Source of the DNA: Lingula anatina | Taxonomy: Eukaryota > Animalia > Brachiopoda | Length of the DNA stretch: 64,000 nt | Direction: 5' to 3' | Assembly (NCBI GenBank): GCA_051362555.1 | Contig: CM120640.1 | Location: forward strand, 48,338,788 to 48,402,787 | Shown here: positions 24,829 to 34,162 of the stretch, piece by piece | How positions within the stretch are numbered: the stretch's first letter is position 1 | Layout: the number at the start of each line of letters is the position of its first letter | Program-made: the position numbers and the translations under genes | Notes under the pieces: generated by a model | What the model was told of the DNA's origin: nothing | Seen by the model: the letters and a program-made list of their open reading frames with translations, nothing else | Databases searched by the model: none

Positions 24829-24884
24829 ATGTGCAGATCATCTCAACAACAGCAATGCACTTCATGGCCATTGCTTTAGTTTGA
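24829..24884 (+). CDS. Gene 2 candidate terminal exon B (hydrophobic tail DVQIISTTAMHFMAIALV-stop)
   Basis: cccactatag acceptor, open in phase 1. Homologous to the TTA(I/M)-x-F terminal segments after gene 3. Confidence 0.4.
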
Positions 24885-26178
24885 GCACAGTCAGAACAGA
24901 AGACTAACAGATCCAACGACCCACCTTAATGCTTGTTACGTAATCCCCACAAGGAACCTATTCATTTTCTAAATGGAAATCAAGTGACAAGCTTCTTAGT
25001 AGTAGCCATATTTGATCCGCAGATTGATCTGTTAGTCCGTTGTTCTAAAGTTTGTTTGTTTGATAATGGAGGACTGCTACAAATTTATAAACTGGCTAAC
25101 ATATATTCTGTTAAGGATATGCTAAAACTATTCCTTTTATCTTATTATTTCTATGGATTGATTTCCATGTGCTCCCACTGTTGATACACATTTAAAATAT
25201 GATAAATATTTGAAAGTAAGGCAATGTGTGACAACAACAGGGGACTTGGGGCTATGTAGGATGATTCCCATAAAATGATGCCTCGGGTGTCGGGTATCAA
25301 CATGCAGACCTATGGGAAATGGTCAATTGGAGTTATACTGTTTTCTGGTGGTGTGTCGATTGATGGCTCCTCCAAAGTAATCTAAAAGATTATGGATTCA
25401 TGGTTCTTAATCTCTTTGCCCACTAACCTTCATCCCTATTTACCTCCCCCCCCCCCTACAGAAAGTGTTGGCCTGTATCTGTATCTGTATCTGTATGTGG
25501 CACTGATAAATCAATTTCCTCTCCTGTCAAACTCTAATTGAATACATTTTCTAAACATCAATATCTATCAGAAATCCAGCATTTCCTAAAATGCTTATTA
25601 GATAATGACAATAAAGAGAGAATCTTGGTGTATTGACCTTTATTCTCCTACAACAGGTTAAAATGAATTAATCTACCATAAAATAGGTTACTTGTTCATC
25701 CTTAAAAACATCCATATGGAATGGCATGTAACTTTTAGATCATCTACTTCAGTTTTTGGGGGCAACTGCACATAGATGTGGTGGGCCTACACAGCAATGC
25801 ACCTGGGTGAGGAATGAAAACTACAATTATCACAAAAACAATTTCCTCTCCATCATTTTTCTATTGCACATCATCAAAATAATAAATTGATTTCCTGAAA
25901 TGTGTATTAAACTTGGTAAATAATGAACGAAAGCTACTGGCTTTAATATATGATAACATATTTGAACATTAAAAAATAATAACATTCAGATTGGTATTAC
26001 ATATCAGGCCTGTTCATTGAAACAGTCACACAATATGGCAAATATCATTGTGTTCATTTGTTCTTGTCTCATACTTGGTGGAGAAATGGGATCCTTACAT
26101 GGAGGTATATATGTAGGATATCAATCCAAGAAGAAAACAATATCCAGTCACACTAGGAGCTAGAAGCAGACATGTAAG
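24836..26178 (+). repeat. Local segmental duplication, copy 2 (upstream region of gene 3)
   Basis: Same ordered blocks as 20806-21979, interrupted by an insertion near 24890-25140. Confidence 0.9.
24893..25046. mobile_element. Small inverted-repeat element
   Basis: agaacagaagactaacagatc / gatctgttagtccgttgttct. Absent from the paralogous position near 20860. Confidence 0.6.
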
Positions 26179-26355
26179 ATGGATTTTAATACAGTAGTTT
26201 GTATAAAGGTATATATGACACATGTTATTCTCTTTACAGTTCAGGGAAGAATGTATGAGTTACCAAGTTTTAACACAACACATGTCAATGTGACGGTGAT
26301 AGAAAACAAAGATGCCATGCTCCCATGTTCAGTGGATCTAGATAGAGGGCTCAAT
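26179..26355 (+). CDS. Gene 3 exon 1: signal peptide + Ig1 strands A-B
   Basis: aagATGG start. Encodes MDFNTVVCIKVYMTHVILFTVQG...KDAMLPCSVDLDRGLN. GTAAGT donor, phase 0. Confidence 0.83.
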
Positions 26356-26665
26356 GTAAGTAAAGGGCTTCTTATTTCTTGTAAACTATTGGTTCCCACT
26401 CCCTACAGAGTTGCAGCTTATGCATTTTGCTTTAGTCTATATGCCATGCAGGAACACATATGCACATGTACTTGAGTTCTCAGACATAATGCAACATGTT
26501 GTGATACGCACTCCAAATGGTATAATTAAGAAATATATATTTCATCTGTGAAATTGAAAGCAATAAAAAATAATAATAATAATAAAAATTAATAAATGCA
26601 GATGTTTAAATTCAATGACATGCATCTTAAAAATGATGCACCTGCACTTTCACTAGAAGAATCAA

Positions 26666-26902
26666 AGAGTGCGTTCCCATAAACCCATCTGCAGGGCTTC
26701 TCACTAAAGTGTCAGTGTAATCAGCTTTATTATCTGGCATGCCTCCCTTAAGTAACTAGGGGGTAACTGACTATTGTTTATTACCCCCTAGCAGCTCAAG
26801 TAGGTGTGCCAGACATTTAAGCCACTTACACTGATTACAATTTAGCGAGAATCCCTGCCAAGTTGGATCAATCTAGTGCAATAGGGTTATGGGAACAGTC
26901 CT
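26666..26902. mobile_element. Fold-back MITE family A, copy 2
   Basis: gttcccataa...ttatgggaac ends. Shares agtaggtgtgccagaca and caatttagcgagaa with copy 1. Confidence 0.75.
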
Positions 26903-27173
26903 AAATACTAATAAAGAGATGGTTTCATCAAAAAGTTTAAAAACATAAAAATACACATAAACAATGAGGGAAATGAAAAATAATCATGTAAAAATTATCT
27001 TTGATAAGCAATCTTCAATTGAACAGAGTTTTAACTCTTAAAATAACAATCAAATACAAACTGTTTCTTTCATATCATAATCTGACAACCAAGTAAACTT
27101 TTTTCATATTGTTGTCTTTTTTGTAATTAAGTCAATGTGATGCTTTTGTTATCTATTTAGCTATCTTTTCAAG

Positions 27174-27378
27174 GTGCTCTGGCAAGATCCAGAGGGATTT
27201 ATTTTAACCTATAATGAAAGAAGAGTTATAGACAGCAATCGGTTCAGCATACCAAGGCTTACTTATACAGACTGGAGTTTATACATTGATGAAGTAAAAT
27301 TGTCTGACCAGGGAAGTTACAAGTGCTCTATAGGCCCCAACCCTGTGCTAATGAAAGTGGTTAGTCTTCATATAAAGG
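27174..27378 (+). CDS. Gene 3 exon 2: rest of Ig1
   Basis: Same 205-nt length and phases as gene 1 exon 2. Encodes VLWQDP...SDQGSYKCSIGPNP. Confidence 0.92.
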
Positions 27379-27665
27379 GTAGGCTTTCAATTAATTAATT
27401 TTTAAATAAAGTGTATAGGGCCTATTTAGGTGAAATACAAATTTTAATTTACATAGCAGATCAAATAATATTGCAGTAGTTTTTAAATGAATAATTTGAT
27501 TTTTAGGAAAAATGTAATGCATCTTTCTTAGGTGGTTTGGTGATATACAAGCATGCCAGCACTACCCCTAGTCAAGTTTGTTTTGTTACAATTAATACAT
27601 TTGGATTCACAATGGCACAACCTGGTGCTAATCTTGGTCTAATCTCTGGTCTTCCATTAATCTAG

Positions 27666-27821
27666 TTCCTGCAAAAATAGTGTCAAACAGGTCAAGTCCC
27701 ATACTCCAAAAGGTGAAAGAAGGTGACACAGTCATACTGACCTGCAATGTCACAGGTCAGCCAACACCAAAGGTCAAATGGTATAGAAGAGAGGTCACAG
27801 AATCTGCCGATGCAAAAAAGA
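27666..27821 (+). CDS. Gene 3 exon 3: first half of Ig2
   Basis: 156 nt as in gene 1. Encodes VPAKIV...TCNVTGQPTPKVKWYRR. GTAAGC donor. Confidence 0.92.
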
Positions 27822-28001
27822 GTAAGCTATTTTACAGGTTTGTTTTCAAATCAAAGAAAAAACCAATAATACAGTGATTTTTTTCACTCAACAGCTTATA
27901 CTGACAGCTAATATGAACTCGAATATTTCCATGTCTCTCAGGGCATCTTTATCAGGAAATAAGGTTATCCTGGTGAATAGCTTCTATCTTACTTGTGACT
28001 T

Positions 28002-28250
28002 AGACTGGGTTCCCATGCCTAGATCAATCCATCTGGATCAGTCTATCTCCCTGGGGAGTCTCACTAAATTGCTATCAACTTAACCAGCTTAAATGTCTGT
28101 TATGCCTACCGAATCAGCTAAGGGGTAAAGATAATTACCCCCTAACAGCTTTACTAGGCGTGACAGACATTCAAGCTGGTTAAGTCGATGGCAATTTAGT
28201 AAGACTCCTCAGGGAGATAGATCGATCCAATATCTGTGGGCATGGTCCCT
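28002..28250. mobile_element. Fold-back MITE family A, copy 3
   Basis: Palindromic arms tctatctccctggggagtct / agactcctcagggagatag. Central aggggtaa...ttacccc. Confidence 0.8.
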
Positions 28251-28713
28251 AAAATTCACTCTCAATGTTGCTTAATCCCTTGAACCCCTTGGTCAAAGGG
28301 GTGGGGAGAAATATTGTTACTTCAATACTTCCAGTGAGTACCAATATGCAGATAAAACTGTTCATTTTCATGATTTTAAGTGGGTGGACATAAGGACAAA
28401 AACGTTTAATTTGCTTAGCTTTGTATTATGTAGGAGCCATGATGGAAAAAAGTCCCACTTTGGTTTTTCTACTTTTTAGATAGAAGCCAACTTTAAGTTT
28501 AAAAAATAAACTGTGCAATAGAAAATTGTATAAGTTTAAATTGAACCAGCATAGTTTAAAGATGCCCTCACTAAAAACAAATAAACTTCTTTAAAAACTG
28601 TACATCCATCATCTGATGTCATCTGAGTTCAAAAGGCAGCAATTCATCACTACCATGCAAGAAAACATTGACAAATCAAGGCTTTATTAAGAATTTGTGC
28701 TTTGGACATTTAG

Positions 28714-28851
28714 AGGCCATTGAGATAGACAGTGAAGTCATGATCATCCACAATATCTCCAGGCATTCTGATGGTATCTATGAGTGCCAGGCCCATAATG
28801 GAGTAGGAACATCAGCCTCAAGACTGATGAGTGTTGAGGTGGAATATGGAT
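28714..28851 (+). CDS. Gene 3 exon 4: second half of Ig2
   Basis: tttag acceptor. Encodes AIEIDSEVMIIHNISRHSDGIYECQAHNGVG...VEVEYG. GTAAGT donor. 138 nt. Confidence 0.9.
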
Positions 28852-29140
28852 GTAAGTTGTCAAATCTTTTCAACAGCAAGTGATTGTTCTTTATTGGTAC
28901 CATGTTGATCTGCAAAGACCAATTTACCTATCTGTCCATTCAAATACACAAAAAACAATACCATTTGTATCAGCATGGAATTAATTAGTTACATATAATA
29001 AATTTGATTATATCAATAGTGCAGTAAACTATTTCTCTAAAAACATCACATAACACACAATGTTACAATGTACCTTATAAATGGCAATTTTGCACTGAAA
29101 TACCTGTCACAAAAATATCCAACTTTGAAACTTTTTTCAG

Positions 29141-29428
29141 TTCCCCCACGTATACGCTTGCCTAACCTTAGAATTGGCCAATCTGTTGGCAAAGACACTA
29201 TTCTTGAGTGCCTTGTTACTGCAAAGCCATTATCCATAATCTACTGGATGTATAAGGGGAAGGAGACCCAAACCTCCTCTAAGTACAGTGTGGTTATGTA
29301 CAATGAAGGTCGTGATGCAATAGGCCTCAGTTTGAGAATACATGACCTCACAGAAGAAGATTTTGGAGAATATACCTGTATTGCCAAAAACCATTTTGGG
29401 TCAGTGAAAGGGTCTTTGACAGTATATG
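29141..29428 (+). CDS. Gene 3 exon 5: Ig3
   Basis: 288 nt as in gene 1. Encodes FPPRIRLPNLRIGQSVGKDTILEC...EDFGEYTCIAKNHFG. Confidence 0.93.
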
Positions 29429-29745
29429 GTAAGTAGTATAAGCTTAGTATTCAAAAGTACTTTCTCAAGTCTAGATAAGACATGAAAAGATAATTATTTT
29501 TTATCTTAAAACATCCTGTGGCAAAAATACAATCCACAAAAGCTATTGTTCCATAAATCACAATTTTATTTTTGGTGATGAGAACCGCAAAGTATGTGGT
29601 TTTCATCACCAAAATATTACTAAATTCAAGACTTTGGAACCATGAACGACCTAAAAGAAAACTGCAATGAAATATCTTATGGAATATAATTTTGATTATC
29701 AAAAGAATACAAGAATGCCCACTGATGTTTTTGTCTTACATTCAG

Positions 29746-29799
29746 AAAATGCAGATACAAGAAAAATTGAACCAATAAACCCAAAAAATGAGAGCCCAG
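29746..29799 (+). CDS. Gene 3 exon 6: short linker (shortened stalk)
   Basis: ttcag acceptor, CAG|GTATGT donor. ENADTRKIEPINPKNESP matches both ends of gene 1 exon 6. Confidence 0.8.
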
Positions 29800-29922
29800 G
29801 TATGTATGGCATATTTCCGAGATAAATAGATTTCATGTTACATGTCATGCATTGAATTTACCAGATGTATTTTGAAAAAAACAAATTTGAACATACATAT
29901 GTATCTCTATATCTATTTACAG

Positions 29923-30014
29923 CTGTACTTGGTGCACCAGAGATCAATATGACAGTGCTAGTCAACCAAGATACTGTGCTGCCATGCTCTGTCTATTACC
30001 TGGGAGAGCCAAAT
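29923..30014 (+). CDS. Gene 3 exon 7: strands A-B of a fourth, Ig1-like domain
   Basis: tatttacag acceptor (phase 1). Encodes AVLGAPEINMTVLVNQDTVLPCSVYYLGEPN. GTATGT donor, phase 0. An in-frame ATG at 29865 is an alternative start. Confidence 0.8.
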
Positions 30015-30469
30015 GTATGTTCATTGTTTCATATCTATTTGAGTGAATACTAATTTATATATGCAGTGTATCTCAGCAGTCATTTGCGCCTTTTCACAGA
30101 TAAAGATTGTTAATACATTGATAACTGGTCTTATTGAATATTTAATATCAATGTTTTTTTTTTATTTATAATGTTAATTACTTGTTACTATAACAACTAG
30201 TTACAATACAATTTTTGTCCAATTTAATTCATGAAGTACCACCAGTATAAAATCAAAACAAACATTACCTTTTGCAAATGATAAATCATGCATTATGCCA
30301 AGATGAAATTTTCCAAACAGCTTCCTGTTCCACAATATTTTGAAAGATATACTAGCAGCGTTTGTGCTAAAATGCATTTTAAATATTGTTTTTTTTTTAC
30401 CCAAACATAACCAAATTAGAGTTCTGCTTTATAATATCTGTACAAAATATATTTCCTTGTGTTTTCCAG

Positions 30470-30674
30470 GTGTACTGGGTAGGGCCAGATGAGAACTTGT
30501 TAACCATGAATGATGTAGTATTTTCAGCCAACAAGCGCTTCAGTATTCTGAGGCCTTCTATAAGAGATTGGAATTTACGCATTGATGCAGTCAAAGAGAC
30601 TGATCATGGAACTTACACATGTGGCATACGTTCCAATCCTTCACTTAAAAAAGTGGTCAGACTTTATGTTAAAG
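30470..30674 (+). CDS. Gene 3 exon 8: rest of the fourth Ig (paralog of exon 2)
   Basis: 205 nt. Encodes VYWVGPD...RFSILRPSIRDWNLRIDAVKETDHGTYTC. AAG|GTGAAC donor. Confidence 0.9.
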
Positions 30675-30899
30675 GTGAACATATTTAAGGTTTGTTTGCA
30701 TCAATCTCTTAAGTAAAGTGATAGTGTATATGCTTATAAAGAAAAGCCCAGCAAGTCTCAGTACATGTTACATGTGTTGTTGTGTATAAATAATATGTTT
30801 ACATAATCACGTCTTATAAAATATCTAATATTAACAACAATTGGTTAGATTTTTATGAAATAAGAGAAACTTTTCTTAAAAATTAATTTGTCTTTACAG

Positions 30900-31007
30900 A
30901 TATAGCACCCCACAGAAGATTCATACCTAACAAATGTCACAACAACAGCAATACACTTTGTGTTCCTAGTTTCATTTATAATGTATAGAGATTGTAAGCT
31001 GGGATGA
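30900..31007 (+). CDS. Gene 3 candidate terminal exon (frame ambiguous)
   Basis: The tctttacag acceptor gives DIAPHRR...YNV-stop (30988). The +1 frame gives TEDSYLTNVTTTAIHFVFLVSFIMYRDCKLG-stop (31007). Confidence 0.5.
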
Positions 31008-31191
31008 AATTCCCAGCAGCAAAAACAAATGAGTGCTTCCTAAAATGAGCTATATAACATATCAAGTATGTATTACCATTTTGAATATAAGTATGTGTGT
31101 GTTAACTTCTCGTTCAGACCCTCATCAAAAGGCATAACTTATTAAACACAATCAGAGGTCACATACCACAATGGCAGTTTTCACACCATAG

Positions 31192-31301
31192 TCTTTAGAT
31201 CTCCACATATCACAATCATCACAACAACAGCAATTATGTTCAACAGGAATCAGATTCTTGTAGTTTTGCTTGTTGGTGTATGGTTCATTTCCCAGGTCTA
31301 A
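31192..31301 (+). CDS. Second candidate terminal exon for gene 3 (hydrophobic GPI/TM-like tail)
   Basis: ttttcacaccatag acceptor, phase 1: VFRSPHITIITTTAIMFNRNQILVVLLVGVWFISQV-stop. The same frame is also open from an AG at 31155. Confidence 0.42.
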
Positions 31302-34128
31302 AATGCAGTCTTTTCTGCTTCCCACTAACAAGTGGAAAAATCTTTTATGACCCTTTTCACAAAATAATTTATCAAATGGTTGATCAATGACAGAATGGAA
31401 TAAAGATCAGGTGCAGTTGGAATCTATTTGTAAAGGCTAAATAACAGAATAACCAGGCAGATTATTTGATAACAATGTCCAATCACAGAAAGTTAGTCTT
31501 ATAACTCTGTTATTCTATGTATTGCCATGGTAATCAAGTTAACTTGCACGCTCTGCTCAGTTAAGGGGATGATAAGAAATGATAATCACTCAGTCATCAC
31601 TTAGGTGGTATGTTACTACTGTAAGTGAAGTTATCACAACTGGACTGTAAATGCATTATCAGTTTAGTTTCCGGTACTATAAGTTGTAGTAGTCAAATAA
31701 GTAGTGTATACACAAGCAAATTTCAGTGAATTCAGCTTTTTTATGTGGGCTACTACTGATTATTTCTAGGTTAGTGTACACTAAAACTTTCAACCCCTAA
31801 GTATTGACTCAAACTTTTCACATTGAGTTTTATTTTTTTGGACTCCTTTCGCATCGAGGGGTATATTTTAGTGATACATTCAGTGCCAGTATACTTTGAA
31901 AGAATGGCAACTTTTGAAATAACCTATACTATTTCATAAGAGAGCCACCTAAATGGAGCTTCAATGCTTGACAAGGTCAATTAATTAACTAAATAGCATG
32001 AAGCACATTTGTGCAAAATTTGTGAAAGGGACCAAAACCCCCAGAAACCTTAATTACATGCTACAACCTCTCAAAGTGTACCAGCACAGAATGTATTGCT
32101 TAAGTAAAGTGATTAATGCGAAAAAGGCCTTTGTGAAATACAGTTGTAATGGTATGCTTTATGAGGTGATACCATGCAACTATGCAACTGGGAACTTTAT
32201 TCTCTTTCACAAGTTCTCTACAAGCTCCATTCCCTATGCCTGATGTTTAATTATTTTATTGGCCAAATTACCAGGAGGAGGGGGGGGGTGCATATTAAAA
32301 GAGCACTGATGGCAATGATAATGGTGGTATAGACAGAGGCTGATAACAGAGGAAAGTACAATCACAAAAATATTCTATGAACTGAAAGCAGTGCATTCCA
32401 AAACATATTTAGAAATGAATGTTTTTATGTGACATGAGTGATTTATCATATTCCCATTTAAAAACATACAAAATGATATATATTCATGCATATAAGGAAC
32501 CGCCAATAAGGTCTGTACTAGTTTCACCTTCTAATTTACTGTAATGATATTGTTCACTATATTACTCAAGGGGGCCTTTATTTTCTCTTAATTGATTGGG
32601 ATAGGCTGGATTACCGCCACAGTTAACTTCTAGACTACAAAGCATCAGCCAACGGCTATGCCAGTCTCTAAGCTTGCATTGTTAAAACACCATAGTTCCA
32701 GAGCCAATTAAGTTTCCCCTCTCCTTTCCTTTCCATTGTACAACATCCAAAAAGTAATATTCTAGCTATTTGCTTAGACTCCTCAGGACCTAGGAGGATT
32801 GCTCCCAAGCTGAGAAGGAATTCCTATCTCTAGAAAACAGTAGGATGTGCTATTGAAAACCAAGCAGGATTTTGGGCTTTCTGCTTCCTTTCCACACTGG
32901 GCCCTTTCTTTACCTGACAAACAGGTTAATGCAATGCTTAACAAGTTAGGCCATTTGCCCCCTGGGTGATGCACCTGTGCCCCTGTATAAACAGGCCTGA
33001 TTCAATACCTACCAATGTCTAATTCTATGCCTCCAAATACAACAAATGTGACATCATGTCCAAAAATCTGAACTGATAACTTTGAGAAAACAACTTCTTT
33101 GTGGCTTAACAAACATTGGTTATTGACAAGGGGTAAAAGAAAGCAATAACAATTCAAAGTGTGCTGAACTGGACAAAAAAAAATGCACCTTCCATCACTT
33201 GGGTTATTACAATATTTTTTGTATGATAAATTCCTTTATAAGTAAAACATACTGGGAATAAGTGGTTGCAAAAAAAAAGTATATACAAGATACATATATA
33301 AGAGTCTCTATATATAAATTTTGCCCATTTTCTAAGATGTATAACAAAACATACACAACAACCTTTCATAATCTAATGTATATAACCCTTAATAAACACA
33401 CATGATCAGTTAACATGTAAAAGTGTTTATCTAAGGCTGTCAAAACTATAGCAGTTGATTAAATACTTTAGGGATGTGAGATTATCAAATTATGCCAAAA
33501 ACATTATTTTGTCTATTCTGTAACATTATAAAACAGATAGAAATTCATTGCAACAGAAGTCAGCAAGTGACACTAAAATTAAACTTCAATTAAAGCACAA
33601 ATCAATATAAATGTGGTCAGTAGCAGTGAATAGCAATCCCTTTTAACATGTAAGGTGAAACGAATGAACACCAAAGCAAAATTAATTTCAAGATAAATGG
33701 TTTAATAGAAAACAACCAGAGTACTGACAACGGTTTTCCAATAACTCTACTGCAAGTTCACTAATGGAAAGCAAAGAGCAACTAGAGGAAAATAACATCA
33801 AGTGCTTTGAATCTTGGTGTGTGAAAAGACTTTTTAAGTATCCGAAATTGAAAAAAAATGACACCAAGTAAAAAACAGCTTGTTCATATAGAATATCAGT
33901 TTGGTTGTTCACATAAAATTCCAATTAAGTTATTTGATAAATGAAATTGTAGAAAACAAAGGAAATAAAAGCAGGCAGCAATGGGCTCACTAAAAAAGTA
34001 TGGAGCTTAATGCATTAAAGATCTCAAGAACCATTGAAAGCTACATGTAACAGAGAAAGGACATCTTTGATCAGCTCAATACATAGCTCTGTGTCCTCAA
34101 CTCAGGACACAGAATGAAATCTTGGCTA

Positions 34129-34130
<2 letters not shown>

Positions 34131-34160
<30 letters not shown>
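34131..34160. repeat. (AC)n microsatellite
   Basis: Read directly from the sequence. Confidence 0.95.
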
Positions 34161-34162
<2 letters not shown>

